Shown: one piece after another, positions 37,401 through 45,756 of the stretch
How the letters are laid out: each line of letters starts with the position of its first letter
How positions within the stretch are numbered: position 1 is the first letter of the stretch
IMG/VR virus record: IMGVR_UViG_3300032308_001420
Location: 1-64,000 of that record
Length of the DNA stretch: 64,000 nucleotides
Reading direction: 5' to 3' (one strand)
From: a virus
Lineage: Duplodnaviria; Caudoviricetes
Position numbers and translations under genes: made by a program
The notes under the pieces: model-generated
Told to the model about the DNA's origin: nothing
Seen by the model: only the letters and a program-made list of their open reading frames with translations
Database searches by the model: none

Positions 37401-39865
37401 TGGTTTAATGCAATAACTCTTGCTCTTGCTTGTTCAACAGTTATCTTAGATGCTTGAAGATCTGCAACTATTTGTGCTGATTCTGATGCGGCAAGTGATG
37501 TTAATCTTGACATTTCTGGAAGAAGCGCTTGATATGAATCTGATAATGATGTAGTTATTAGTCCAGTTGCTGCAACTTCTCTCTTTAATAATGCTATTTC
37601 TTCTTTTGATTGCATTGCTAATGCACCAGTCATTGCATGCCACTTAGCAGCTTCTTCTGCAACAATTCCTGTTGAAACTCCACGTACCGAGCTGACTCCC
37701 TCTATCTTTGGTAGATCGCCAGACATATACATTTGTGGGTTATTGCTTATTTTTTGATTAACTAATGGTGCTCCTGGAACAATGCCAAATATTGTTTGTG
37801 CAGCTTTTTGTTCTGGTGTCATCTGGCTTACTGGATTTGGATGAGAAAAAGATCTAGTATCTCTATCGCTTACAAGTGGGTGGCTTGGAACAACTTCTCT
37901 TGCACCAGCAATAATTGTTTGCCCAGCAATTGTTGATATTGTTGGTTGTGATGAAATTGTAGCTGATCCTGCTTTTGTTTGTAATTGAGTTAATTGATCA
38001 TTTACATAGCTAAGCGCTTCTCCAAGTGCCATGGCTGCTTTAGCATCATTATAAAATGTTTGCTCTACTAAGTTTCCAGCTTTTTGTGCTGCTAAAATTT
38101 CTGGTGTTAATAAACGCCATCCTTCGCCGCCTTTAAAAAATGCTCTAAGATGAGCGGCGCCCTTAACAACATATCCCAAGAAGTTTGCCAGCACACCAGT
38201 TAACATAATAATTGGGCCAGCTAATGCTGTAAATCCAGCAAATAGGCTCATTAAAGTTTTTACTGGTCCAGGTAGTTTATTCGCAAAATTTACAATCTTG
38301 TCAAGAACATTTATTAAAAATGTTCCAACATTTAAGAACTGCTCTCCTACTCCAGCCAAGTCTGCTTTTAGTTGCTCTAATGCTCTACGGAATCTACCAG
38401 AAGCAGATTCAGTAATTTGTGCTAATTCTCGTCCAGCTACACTTGCTAAGTCACCTGCGCTTGCATTCATTAAATCTAAAACTTGTAAAGTCTGGCTACC
38501 CTGTCTACCTAGGTTATCAAAAAGGGCTGACAGTCTAGCAAATTGGAACTTACCAAAAAGCTGTTCAATTGCTTTTGTTTTGCTAAGCGGATCAAGTCTG
38601 TCTAAAGCTTTTTGCAAATCTAAAATAGTGGCAGTTAAATTTCCAGCGTTACTTGTAACAATTTGACCTAAATCAATACCAAGTCCCAGGAACATTTCTT
38701 TTGCGACTTTAGTAGGATTGATAAGTGAAGCTAGGGATGATTTAATTGCATTTGCGCCTTCTGATGCATTAATTCCTCCTTCTTTCATTGCTGTCAAATA
38801 TAAAGCAAGATCTTCTATGTCTCCACCCAAAGATTTAACTACTGGACCCGCCTTTGGAATAGCTTCTACTAAATCATTAAGAGTTGTTGAAGTTTGGTTT
38901 TCAACAGCGTTGAGGAAGTTAATAGACTCTGCTAACTCTTGAGTATTTTGATTAAAAGCTGTTTGAATTGCAAGAGTAGCCTTCATTGCTTCTTGTCTAT
39001 CTACTTCACCAAGAACTGAAAGTCTAGTAGTTTCTCTTACTGAGTTAAGAAGCTCTGCTCCTTGTTTTCCAGTTGCAGCTATATCTGCAGATAGGGCTAT
39101 AGTTTCTTTATAAGATGCGCCATATTGTCCTGCTAATTCTTTTGCTGTTGCAGCAACTTCTTTTCTTACTGTAGCTAACTCTGCTGCAGAGCTTCCTGCT
39201 ATTCCGCCATAAACTTTTGTTAAACGAACTAACTGCTCGTCTGCTTCTCTAAATGCATCTGCTGCTGCTTTACCAAATGCTGCAATTGGAACTGTTAAAC
39301 CAACTGTTAGCTGTCTACCTGCCCACTGTGTATTTTTACCCCAGTTAATTAATTGAACTCCGCCATCTTGAATAACCTTATTAAAGATTTGCATTTCTTG
39401 CTTAAGCAGAGCTGCTTTGTTTTTAGTTTCGTCTAAACCTCTTGGTATATTAACATTGAATTGCATAAGCCCCTCGGCATTTCTACCGAGAGGCTGAATG
39501 ATTGCATTCTGTAAGGCTACCTGCTGTCTAGCAAGATCTCTAATTAATCCGCCAGAAGTTCTACTGTGCTGTTGCCAGACACCGTAATACTCTCTTAACT
39601 TTAATCTACCCTGATCTAAATTTTTTCCAAATTTATCAACATCAGCTGTTAAATTAACAAAGTGTGTAGAGAATTGTCCAGTACTTCTTAAAGTACTTGC
39701 AAAGCCCTGCTGTATCTTTGTTGCATTTAAAGCTAACGCTTTATCTGTGTTAGTTAAAGTTTGCTTTAATTGAGATAACTGAAGATTAACCTTATTAACA
39801 TTTGAAATAAGATCTGAAAAGTCTGCACTAGCAACTATATTGGTGACTACATTTTCGCTAGCCAT
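28406..39865 (-). CDS. Tape measure protein, 3819 aa, with embedded CHAP, LysM, ART-like and kinase-like domains
   Basis: Follows the tail chaperone; TP901-type TMP core (GRQLTVGLTVPI.., AMKEGGINASEGANAIK); hydrophobic segments; CHAP WCGAF..HVGLV..TIEGNT; LysM YTVGRGDTLSAIA. Confidence 0.93.
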   Translation of the reverse strand: MASENVVTNIVASADFSDLISNVNKVNLQLSQLKQTLTNTDKALALNATKIQQGFASTLRSTGQFSTHFVNLTADVDKFGKNLDQGRLKLREYYGVWQQHSRTSGGLIRDLARQQVALQNAIIQPLGRNAEGLMQFNVNIPRGLDETKNKAALLKQEMQIFNKVIQDGGVQLINWGKNTQWAGRQLTVGLTVPIAAFGKAAADAFREADEQLVRLTKVYGGIAGSSAAELATVRKEVAATAKELAGQYGASYKETIALSADIAATGKQGAELLNSVRETTRLSVLGEVDRQEAMKATLAIQTAFNQNTQELAESINFLNAVENQTSTTLNDLVEAIPKAGPVVKSLGGDIEDLALYLTAMKEGGINASEGANAIKSSLASLINPTKVAKEMFLGLGIDLGQIVTSNAGNLTATILDLQKALDRLDPLSKTKAIEQLFGKFQFARLSALFDNLGRQGSQTLQVLDLMNASAGDLASVAGRELAQITESASGRFRRALEQLKADLAGVGEQFLNVGTFLINVLDKIVNFANKLPGPVKTLMSLFAGFTALAGPIIMLTGVLANFLGYVVKGAAHLRAFFKGGEGWRLLTPEILAAQKAGNLVEQTFYNDAKAAMALGEALSYVNDQLTQLQTKAGSATISSQPTISTIAGQTIIAGAREVVPSHPLVSDRDTRSFSHPNPVSQMTPEQKAAQTIFGIVPGAPLVNQKISNNPQMYMSGDLPKIEGVSSVRGVSTGIVAEEAAKWHAMTGALAMQSKEEIALLKREVAATGLITTSLSDSYQALLPEMSRLTSLAASESAQIVADLQASKITVEQARARVIALNQQIEAMMGQAATGVATAQGRTINLTQLPIVDQPAFDPVTGKSNMKELTRPRNRNLITRIAEALRVKTFGAPYSTETTRPKRLNMGGQVFTTEQGRFVPGQGNTDTVPAMLTPGEFVVTKEQTARDPEGLHLYNKGKAVIVPIQNKNKGGMIEGMQFFGRMMPNRIVKGLSTTRNRDVVETVHGIKARGADARGFISQIGDIPDPVLKQKYLDVAKNFTDKLTRSKKDPALHSQTSRTLQSKNVSELNSRFVENGLDALPYAEPRHGTHLTVSKKLGDGKVLVSNYIVDYTAATNLSANQNNLRPSDFLRRDLVKVAGVNKYRNQLRAAKIPLSQWDEAEEAIDSAIRTRFENEAQRRGVSVDQLPTIGDRPELGAEFTFTKDVIPEIERVLTQYNPTALYERDYVALKENKVARIQRKNMGGIIQNFGTNMVGRIVKSLSKSKLDKLTGKWKPQQQFRQPGYQYTLGNQDPLHGPLQIGTTMVPKNMQNEPEWTREILYRDDRFARQAVLPQFPIGNLEDRGKYILRQYMAGNYGILQTPGATEAVKTLSRKYTGRLYRGIFLKNNKSNPLPADILDLISQAKLTGDYTPLIGREFIMRRSSWSQNRDIASLFAPGHSAPGDQKAILLEAIVRNRNVVPSSEIFPDAKFSAPFGQKVAGHNSRSEQEAIFGGKFRIVDAGNGKIQLETVVDGARAGGGPVTGGRPYLVGENGPEIFVPKMSGGIIPGFSKGGVVPGVQYFAEENEQRIVQPRIGASGYMKSMLLGQAAGFGLSQVGGRMFGGIGQMGGYMVGQMATDMFLMSRAAGTARTQTTLLTKAFQLFTKMPGPVKLIAVLLGVGVAIKTINDKINERRRIIDSAFGLEEETVKKLNLNYKTLTSSIEKNKKEIELRNAAAAAFKYTTTKAPGQGIDITVKEFDELKKQAKEQLPTELKMLNVASEQELAQKATQLKAMFVSSGMSVENANELIYALISISNKSAQALSVLGDKGFGTITDKASAAKSTLETFNNVIKNGNTDQLSKSLDTALNAYNNLADSIENTKDKNGKLITSSESYQEILKQIKATSSGNVAIGIEGVNAIVKQNAEMNRLLNTTDTLASIMAKVRLSTSGIALDFVNMGPAAAEALSIIIEKQREALKSGPYSQIVKDMAKVSKTNAEQIIQNAELSAKALRKEIELHNKKIQKIKEEADARKKALDEENADEDINLRIKAKQLEYQDKLAAGDMSGAAQAQIAIQQLVGSQQVALAKRAIDLKAEEDISKEQSLIDALNARIDGLQNKVDSAKKTADAANAKVENLSSLLTELLALTTSATDGELSPTEKDRLNLLISDLEKAGYKDIARSLSGGGGSYVGSRFVPNPSGIEEIAKSAFGKAIYNEKGELKTSDTEVLGLLKKILSGTPTPTSGTKLSFDPATGGFQNRSTGVKYTREQARVMPVPVGGPAGSNQSFVHPTYGGGQSLEMLGPIKDVNQGGYLYKKNGDVLKNNKLVGRWYNPGYDNPGSNFTFAQGGAVKHYAPGGDVMGPGTSTSDSIPAYLSDGEYVIKASSVEKASRDLGPDFLDNLNAGRFANGGKVTKMGTADSMIKTAESMLGYKEGRGNDTIFGRFAQKAYDLQTRYIAWCGAFINWAAKKSGVDLSSMIWTPGGAQSFMKSGKWTTMSPVRGDLAFMDFPGDGVNRISHVGLVRKVLSKNAVSTIEGNTSGSGSQRSGGGVLAKVRQYNMKNAPIVGFGRPSYKPVDTIKYGYGTPEYYSADDAKSDYENDRYTVGRGDTLSAIAAKYGISVKQLMEMNPQLNDPKYMGGSRIFAGTKVNIKKFAQGGKVTSSFDDSGNWIKGPLTVPRQKKPGVPYSRSGKPIGNPFGQYWGELSRFIGPRSPGMDIWGGTEIPGLKFSGNVPQHSDYMHQMAEQPRKPFTSPGMGIDRDPMRMAGSGASMGGIGSGAYGLGPLMFAGGGRVINPLSDYGPSRLANGGLASKQSLLSKFMHKFLKTMDPFKFGKHSLGYDFLGGKEVANVFSGTGNKLDYLSAALLPLGGVGRGAAKVPGAISKLTPEMKSFGMADIDAKAVQDLSKLDPSSIKIPETGITFSPSSAKEALKGWIQEGSLSKAGAGAWELVQAQREALLKAKYPKIDFSDVGKFNEYYAKEFYDLLPDDVIKLFKGVRNTAGSAWRTGERDLSTYFSTNPHIAALYSAMIGSAKLGEELPMFGIDKKISQLTNFLGEGAVRNSKAQGSMEFPQLLSGKDLLESLPEIYSLPAKVYGQMFGDAPKTLKLVKNVWPFGFADGGMVSSAPHAMGMSSFGSSSPAKKQNWFQRYVSSLSGMPGAETFGTAALLRKIAGQGRKGDSLSAAMLPLNFMGAGLGSKIGGISKAASAAASSPIKIKMGKTTKDINDVIKFPELLDYTEFKTLESNVPASLNITQLVEHIKSGDTGYLKSLNEITPDEVRREIFGSIFAGKAGLVAPVIKPYKTPYSFPHNLGIFSKSVDEISKGSITEKIIVEKLSKDPMFWSAFKPLENVSALPTRTFAALGMTSERSYRNAILDALGYSDAHGGNLIINPIGKKAGAIDFGRIGDSKHSLDIFGDQQKSIDRLKNRYYQGLSYLPESERDAYLEGLQRAQSTLSGIKDSDLIEMLSASGYSADSMPIKLYKQYIENVKTAIESRLSSKKIVGWDEDIPKISADADWYKKTNYGDTSDYAMGGPVRKYAGGGLIGKLAGILSKSKDLAYKPINLFNQYMNYFKAKKMVKKGMFHGSADLGQNSDGPFSGVTDLSGDYARDPYYGMGFYGTSSKAEADLYAGGYNVPGQWGESYGSVNKITKIPFGKYLDFSKDLKRQNYGLWSLLSKEGFMGAGENLGPLMNKSGMTGSIMPRINAGQTGDISIDTAKWIALNKPKGTILEELGLGFARGGYVNPSSYSNMSVPAYAMGGAVGPRYNIPTNTVSLGKNQIPGYNKGGAVHHYDVGGFVVNAQPGQDEKMIATMVVDMLDQKNVMRAAMTGVGRRN

Positions 39866-39875
39866 TTTTTAGATG

Positions 39876-40247
39876 TTACCCCTTTTCATATCCTAATCCC
39901 GCTCCGATTCCAAATCCTGCCTGGGCTGCAAGTGGTCCTTGTAGTGAAACAACATCGTTTGCACCTGCATTTATTCCCAAGGCTCTTCTTTGTATATCTT
40001 CAAAGGTTGGACCTTCTTGTTCTTCTTCATCTTGACCTAAATCAATTCCTTGAATAGATGCTAAGAATCTTCTTTTCTCTGATTCAGTTTTTTGCATTGA
40101 CTTTAAAGTCTGAATGAGTTCTGGCATTGATAAGTTATCTTCTAGCTCGTCGTAATTCTTCCAATGACCTAAAAGAAAAACTTCTCCCAATAAAGCGGCA
40201 AGATCTAGTTCTGACCAGCCAGAACCGCTGCCGCTAGAAGGTTTGGG
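39876..40247 (-). CDS. Tail assembly chaperone, -1 frameshift extension (gpGT-like)
   Basis: The -1 frame is open from slippery C CCA AAC (40241-40247) and reads PSSGSGSGWSELDLAALLGEVFLLGHW. Confidence 0.8.
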   Translation of the reverse strand, partial: PKPSSGSGSGWSELDLAALLGEVFLLGHWKNYDELEDNLSMPELIQTLKSMQKTESEKRRFLASIQGIDLGQDEEEQEGPTFEDIQRRALGINAGANDVVSLQGPLAAQAGFGIGAGLGYEKG

Positions 40248-40537
40248 TCATCCATCTTAATTCCTCCGCATACTTCAAGAATGCGGTTGATTGTTGGAAC
40301 ATCCAATGCGTCTTCTAGTGCATCTCTATCTTTTACTAGATCTGGCAATTGCTTTTCTAATGCTACTGCACATGCATCAATGAGAATTGTAAGCGTCTCA
40401 TCCTCTGATGTAACTTCTGCTGTCTTCTGAATTGCTGCCATGAACTTTCTAAGTTCTTTAATTGTCAAAGGCTTTAACTTTACCTTAGCCCCGTTTTGTA
40501 GTTCAATTTCTTCTACGTCGTAGATTGTAGTTGCCAA
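40205..40537 (-). CDS. Tail assembly chaperone (gpG-like)
   Basis: Lies between the major tail gene and TMP; TTG start with GAGG RBS. Confidence 0.85.
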   Translation of the reverse strand: MATTIYDVEEIELQNGAKVKLKPLTIKELRKFMAAIQKTAEVTSEDETLTILIDACAVALEKQLPDLVKDRDALEDALDVPTINRILEVCGGIKMDDPNLLAAAVLAGQN

Positions 40538-40593
40538 TTTATCCTCCTAGGATTGTCTTAATTATTATAACAAAACACTCTTACTAATACAAG

Positions 40594-40623
40594 CAGAAAC
40601 CCCCAATTTCTTGGGGGTTTCTG
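40594..40623 (-). terminator. Intrinsic terminator after the major tail gene
   Basis: 13-bp perfect stem CAGAAACCCCCAA/TTGGGGGTTTCTG. Confidence 0.8.
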
Positions 40624-40643
40624 AATTAAATAATTAAATTTAA

Positions 40644-41363
40644 TTATGCATAAACACGGTCAATAATCTTACCGTATTCTTGGCCAGCGTATGCAGCCTC
40701 TCCTGATGGGAGAAGACGGAATGTTACTGGGAATGTTGTTGGTGTGTTACGTGCTAGAGAGAACTGTGACTGCTGTACTGAAAGAACACGACGTGCATAA
40801 TATACACGCTCATTCTTTCCGTAGCTGTTGATGTTGTAATCTGGAGCTGGTCCAACTGCAACTAGCTGACGCTCAACTGGTGCAGAAAGCAAAGCTCCTG
40901 CTGCCAAACCGAGTACCTGTGGTGTTGAAGATGTTGGCTCTGCTGTTGTTAGAGTATCATCTCCATCGAATCCTGATGCCTCAGTGATTCCAGATGCGCC
41001 TCCTGGCTGACCGAACACAACGAGAAGATTCTCAAGTGTTCCTTCTGCCATTTCAGTTGCTAGCATAACTTCCATTGACTCCTTGAACAGCTTAGCTGTA
41101 TCTAGAAGCTGATCTACCGTTACGTTACCGTATGTTGGGTTATAAGTAATCTGAAGACCATTGTTTGTGTATCCAACGTTGCGCCACTTTGTAGTTGCCG
41201 CATTAAGTGTAGTGATATATGATGCAGATGTGTTGAACTCTACCTTATCAGTACCCTTTGTTGGATCAAGATTTGAATCGCCATCGTATGCTGCTTGGTT
41301 GATAAACAACGGTGAAGCACCAACGATAATGTTCTTGGCTGAATTGTATGTATCTCTTGCCAT
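40644..41363 (-). CDS. Major tail tube protein
   Basis: NIIVGA, VGYTNNGL, VTVDQLLD, EGTLENL and FPVTFRLLP motifs; GGAGG RBS. Confidence 0.85.
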   Translation of the reverse strand: MARDTYNSAKNIIVGASPLFINQAAYDGDSNLDPTKGTDKVEFNTSASYITTLNAATTKWRNVGYTNNGLQITYNPTYGNVTVDQLLDTAKLFKESMEVMLATEMAEGTLENLLVVFGQPGGASGITEASGFDGDDTLTTAEPTSSTPQVLGLAAGALLSAPVERQLVAVGPAPDYNINSYGKNERVYYARRVLSVQQSQFSLARNTPTTFPVTFRLLPSGEAAYAGQEYGKIIDRVYA

Positions 41364-41440
41364 TTATTTCTTACCTCCTGTTTTTTTCAAAAAATCTAAT
41401 AAATCTGTCAAGCTGGCTAGGCTTCTTTCCTCTTGGTATA

Positions 41441-41469
41441 ATAATAAGCCTTTTTAGGTAAAAAGGCAA
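41441..41469 (-). promoter_or_regulatory. Promoter for the major tail gene, with overlapping palindrome
   Basis: TTGCCT-17-TATTAT; inverted repeat GCCTTTTT/AAAAAGGC at 41448-41467. Confidence 0.55.
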
Positions 41470-41470
41470 A

Positions 41471-41980
41471 CTATATAAACCGCCCGTTTGAATCAGACAA
41501 ACGGGAATATTTAATTTCTAGGACTATGTCTGTAGACAAAAATCCTTGTAGCTCCTCTGAGGGAGCCGCTGGAGAGATGTCGGCAATAAATATGCTATAG
41601 AATTGAAACTTATTTGACAGGTTTGTCCAGTTATTCACATCTCTTGCAGACTCATCTACCCTTCTAAATAAGTCAGTCATAAAATTTCTAATCTCATTGA
41701 TGTCATTAATATCTGTGGAATATATGGTAAACAATACTTGCTCACAGCATATAGCCCATAGGTCTTCATATGACATTCCTATCTTGTCATAGACTATGTG
41801 TTTCTTCCCGCTCAAAAAATGATTTAATTCTGGAGATTGTTGGACGGGAATAATAGGTACTATTTCATCCCCTATACTATCGCTATAATAATCAGATGCA
41901 GTAAATATATCAGCATCCTTTAATTTCTGCCACAAGTACTTACGCAATTCAAGCATTGCATCTAATCTATAATTAACCAT
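41471..41980 (-). CDS. Putative tail terminator protein
   Basis: Size and position just upstream of the tail tube gene. Confidence 0.6.
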   Translation of the reverse strand: MVNYRLDAMLELRKYLWQKLKDADIFTASDYYSDSIGDEIVPIIPVQQSPELNHFLSGKKHIVYDKIGMSYEDLWAICCEQVLFTIYSTDINDINEIRNFMTDLFRRVDESARDVNNWTNLSNKFQFYSIFIADISPAAPSEELQGFLSTDIVLEIKYSRLSDSNGRFI

Positions 41981-42762
41981 TAGACCATACCTCCAAATGC
42001 TGAACTTAATGCAAAGTCTGCTTGTGATCTAACAGAGTTTGGAGAAAATGAATATCTAACTCTTCTAATATCTGATGGCAATCCAAGTGCTTTGCTTATT
42101 GAACTATTAAATAATCTTTGGAACCCCGATCTTTTAATAGATTGATTAACTAGGTCTCCTGTAAAGAAATATTTATATGCGGTCTTGAATGAGTCTTTTG
42201 CCCTAATGCCTCCAGGCTTCCTGACGGTCACTGAAGCCCCTTTAGGCATAAAGACGGTATCACCATTAACTTCGAATACAATGCGCTCAGATGACCTTGG
42301 AGCAATTACTACGGGTACTCCAGATTCCATCACGGAAGCTTTATTTGCAAATACGTGTGTATGCTTGCCCTTTTTAGTTGGTACCATTGATTTAGATAAT
42401 TTAAAATTATATGTTAATTGAAATGACAATCCATCCTGTGGTAACTTATTTAATTCAAAAAGTCTAGATTCTTTGTCTCCAGTTTTTTTCCATTCATAAA
42501 CATGGTGCAATGCTAATGGTGCCGTTCTTGCTTTTGCATCAATATACTCACCAAAATCTTTTTCTATTTGATTAAATATAACTGTGCTAAATTTATTTTG
42601 AAAATTCTTGTTTGATGTCAATTTAGACATTACGGTAGCTTTATAATAAACCGCTGCCGATATTTGAGCAACCAAGCTATCTTTTAAATGCTTATTTCTT
42701 GTTCCCATCATAAGGGGTTCAAGTCCGCTTGCTGCCGCTACTAATGCTGTACTAGAGTCCAA
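41980..42762 (-). CDS. Neck / tail completion protein (hypothetical)
   Basis: Position in the head-tail module; LHHVYEW motif. Confidence 0.6.
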   Translation of the reverse strand: MDSSTALVAAASGLEPLMMGTRNKHLKDSLVAQISAAVYYKATVMSKLTSNKNFQNKFSTVIFNQIEKDFGEYIDAKARTAPLALHHVYEWKKTGDKESRLFELNKLPQDGLSFQLTYNFKLSKSMVPTKKGKHTHVFANKASVMESGVPVVIAPRSSERIVFEVNGDTVFMPKGASVTVRKPGGIRAKDSFKTAYKYFFTGDLVNQSIKRSGFQRLFNSSISKALGLPSDIRRVRYSFSPNSVRSQADFALSSAFGGMV

Positions 42763-43180
42763 TTTGCTGGTTCTCCGATCTTTTCGTCGTAGAGTTATAT
42801 CCTAGTACCCTACCGAATGGATCTGTAAGCGGAGTGGTTCCTACGACCTCAAATACCGTTGGTGTATCTGTTGGAAAATTTAATTCTGTCCAAATACAGT
42901 TACCTTGTGAGTCACGGATATTTGTAATCTTTTCTCTAAGGGTAAGCTTTTCTGAAGTTCTTATCTGCACTACTTGATCGTTTATATATTTATTACTAAA
43001 TATTTGAGTGTCACTGCTTCTTGTAGTTGCAGAATTACTTACAATTCCTTTGGCATGGCAGTCTAAAGTTTTATAATAAACCCACTCTTTTACAATTGAT
43101 CCAGTCTCTATATCTTGGGCATCAAATTGTTTGTAAACGTCTAGTTTCATAGACAAGACGGAGTCTATGATGCCGTTCAT
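42752..43180 (-). CDS. Head-to-tail stopper-like protein
   Basis: Position, size and beta-rich sequence (Q...G...K.W). Confidence 0.6.
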   Translation of the reverse strand: MNGIIDSVLSMKLDVYKQFDAQDIETGSIVKEWVYYKTLDCHAKGIVSNSATTRSSDTQIFSNKYINDQVVQIRTSEKLTLREKITNIRDSQGNCIWTELNFPTDTPTVFEVVGTTPLTDPFGRVLGYNSTTKRSENQQIGL

Positions 43181-44173
43181 TTATATAAGCACCATAGAAG
43201 TAATAATATATGGGTTAAGCAATTGGTCTGCAAATTGATTTCCAGTACCAGAATAAGCCTGTCCAGTATATTCAAACTTCCAGTCAAATGTCTGAACGTT
43301 CTTCAAATACTTCTGTCTCCACAAAATATCCTTTGAGAAATAATCTTTCATAAGTTCTTTTGCAGCCATTTGAACATTGTCTGGAACTTCATTCCAACCA
43401 TATCTTCCATAAACACGATATCTGGTGTGCTTGTTAAATGCCTCACCATTATATGTGTCATTAATTGTTGGTGGAACCATTCCATTTGCAATATACACAG
43501 TATTGTCTAAAAGGTTTGTTCTATCAATTCTAATTCCGAATCCGCTTTCAGTAACCTGTGGAGTATATAGCCAATTATTTACAACTGGACTTACTGTATT
43601 ATCTACAAGAAGGATGTCGTTGCCGTATAGCTTTTGAATAGAATCAATTTTATATGGAAGGGCCAATATGTCTGAGTCCATTCCATATGCAATTTCTACA
43701 TCATCGTATAGGAAAAAATCTTGCCCTGTGTAATCTTCAATTACTTTACGAGCATACTTTTCCGCCTGCTGAATTTGATAATAGGTTTTGTAATTTGGAT
43801 CGCTTGAATCTACCCCAATATTTAGCTCATCTATTGCTTCATAAATGTTTGTATATGGAGTTACAACATTTGCATATGTAATGCCAGTTGCTGAGCTACC
43901 ACCTACCTGATATTCCCATACTAGCTTAAATTTTCTTTGTCTTTGAGCATATGATAAAGGAATAACAACTTGATAGTTTCCATAGTCTACTTCAATTTTT
44001 GTTGAAGTAAGCGTTGTTAAAACAGTAGTTGGAGATATTGCTGGAGAGATTGTAACATCTTCAGTAATGTCATATAGCTTTACTGTAGGTGCTGAGTCTG
44101 CATCTAATACTTCTCCCTGCCAAAAGATTTTGTGCTTTAGTGGTGAATTAGTATTTAAATATATCTCTGCCAT
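43181..44173 (-). CDS. Head-to-tail adaptor protein
   Basis: A..IEDYTGQ.F, YGW..VPDNV..AA..L motifs. Confidence 0.7.
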   Translation of the reverse strand: MAEIYLNTNSPLKHKIFWQGEVLDADSAPTVKLYDITEDVTISPAISPTTVLTTLTSTKIEVDYGNYQVVIPLSYAQRQRKFKLVWEYQVGGSSATGITYANVVTPYTNIYEAIDELNIGVDSSDPNYKTYYQIQQAEKYARKVIEDYTGQDFFLYDDVEIAYGMDSDILALPYKIDSIQKLYGNDILLVDNTVSPVVNNWLYTPQVTESGFGIRIDRTNLLDNTVYIANGMVPPTINDTYNGEAFNKHTRYRVYGRYGWNEVPDNVQMAAKELMKDYFSKDILWRQKYLKNVQTFDWKFEYTGQAYSGTGNQFADQLLNPYIITSMVLI

Positions 44174-44188
44174 TATTAACGGTTAAGC

Positions 44189-44584
44189 TCAGCCGTAGAA
44201 GTCTTGAACTTCCTTTGGTGTCGCTGGGCGGAACCCCTCCTCTTTATCAAAAATTGCTTGCGCTTTATCTTTATGCATTGCTACAAAAGGATGCTCTTTG
44301 GTGAATGTAAATCCCAGAATATCGTATCTGAAATTGTTTCTTGTCATTCTTACCAAAACCGTGTCTTCTGCAAGATCCTGCTTTGGGTTAAACTTTGGAA
44401 GGATTTCGATCTCTTCTTTTTCATCTTCAATCTTTTTAATTGTTTGTTCATATACTGCCCAAGTTACGCCTTCTTCTGTAAGAGCGGCAATAATATCATT
44501 TTTGTTTTTTAGGCTATTTGTATCAACTGCAAAGTCCTCTGCAATTTTCTTTAGCTCTGCTACCTTTAATGTGTCAAACGACAT
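44189..44584 (-). CDS. Hypothetical protein with N-terminal HeH/SAP (Rho-N-like) motif
   Basis: LKVAELKKIA..LKNKNDIIAAL. Confidence 0.7.
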   Translation of the reverse strand: MSFDTLKVAELKKIAEDFAVDTNSLKNKNDIIAALTEEGVTWAVYEQTIKKIEDEKEEIEILPKFNPKQDLAEDTVLVRMTRNNFRYDILGFTFTKEHPFVAMHKDKAQAIFDKEEGFRPATPKEVQDFYG

Positions 44585-44634
44585 GTAATCTCCTTAGTCT
44601 AGGTGTTTTAATTATAGCATTACTAAATTAAAAT

Positions 44635-44666
44635 GAAAAGCCCCCAAAATTAATTGGGGGCCTTTC
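44635..44666 (-). terminator. Intrinsic terminator after the capsid gene
   Basis: GCCCCCAA/TTGGGGGC stem followed by TTTTCATTTT on the minus strand. Confidence 0.8.
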
Positions 44667-44685
44667 TTGCGGATTTAATCCTAAA

Positions 44686-45735
44686 TTATGAAGCAACCTT
44701 AACGTTCTTCACAACTACCCAAGCATCTGCTTGTTCGATCTGGACGCCAACACGAGTATACATTGTGTACTCAATTGAGTCCTTACGTGGCCAGAAGAAG
44801 CGGTAAACAGTTACATCACGCTTGATACCAATAACAACGTTATTTGGGAATGTCAAGTGGATATCTCCGTGGTTACCTGTCTCTCCTGAATAGTCGCCGT
44901 CCTGTGCTTCGTTTAGAAGTGGAACTTCAACAATTGGAATACCAAATGCATAAGGCGCTACGTAACCTGCTGGTCCTGAGACTGGCTGTACATCGCCACG
45001 GATGATGCTTGAAGCAATATCCTGTGGGATTGTCTGGTTAGTACCGATGCTGTTTGCATATAGGAAATCTTGGATTAGGTTTGAACCTACCAAGAAGCGA
45101 AGGTCTGCACGACGCTGCTTGTACTTACGTGGGAGAGCCTTTAGCGCAGAGTTAAATGCTGCACGTGTAATTGCTCCTCCACCGTTGTCTACAACGTGAC
45201 CGTTTGCCTTTGCCTTCTTTACAACGCCGTCAAATGACTTGTACAGGGCATCGCCTGTTAGGGATACGTTTCCATTGAGGACTACGTCTTCAATATCGTT
45301 ACCTGCCTGTGTTGCCATCATACGTGCAATGTGATCTTCTAGATCTGGACCCTCAATATTGTCTTCTAGAGACTCTGTTGATAGTTCCCAATCTAGACGA
45401 AGCTTCTTTGTTGTCAAAGAAATCTTTGAGAAAGATACTGCTGAGTTTGCTGCTGTATCGTCTGCTTCGGTTGCAAGCTTCATTAGCTTCTCGCCTACTG
45501 ACATACGGTCAATCTCTGTTGTATCTGCCTTCATGCGGACTGTACGTGCGACCTTACCAATTACGGTTGCGTCGAACATATAGTCTAGAAAACGAGCTGA
45601 TTGCTCTGGGTTTAGTAGACCGCCTTCACCTTCAGAACCAACGTGTACGCCAGTTGTCGCTACTGCTGACCCTGACATAGAGGTTGTTACGGAAGTATTA
45701 GCTGCTACTGACTTTTCTAATAGTTCATTACTCAT
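44686..45735 (-). CDS. Major capsid protein (HK97 fold)
   Basis: GGLLNPEQS.RF, ESLEDNIEG motifs; follows protease/scaffold; biased codon usage. Confidence 0.9.
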   Translation of the reverse strand: MSNELLEKSVAANTSVTTSMSGSAVATTGVHVGSEGEGGLLNPEQSARFLDYMFDATVIGKVARTVRMKADTTEIDRMSVGEKLMKLATEADDTAANSAVSFSKISLTTKKLRLDWELSTESLEDNIEGPDLEDHIARMMATQAGNDIEDVVLNGNVSLTGDALYKSFDGVVKKAKANGHVVDNGGGAITRAAFNSALKALPRKYKQRRADLRFLVGSNLIQDFLYANSIGTNQTIPQDIASSIIRGDVQPVSGPAGYVAPYAFGIPIVEVPLLNEAQDGDYSGETGNHGDIHLTFPNNVVIGIKRDVTVYRFFWPRKDSIEYTMYTRVGVQIEQADAWVVVKNVKVAS

Positions 45736-45756
45736 TATATTTTCACCTACCTTTGT

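Noticed and set aside
41434-41442. Plus-strand TGGTATAAT as an antisense promoter
   Set aside because: It overlaps the AT-rich minus-strand promoter and no plus-strand gene follows; cannot be supported from sequence alone
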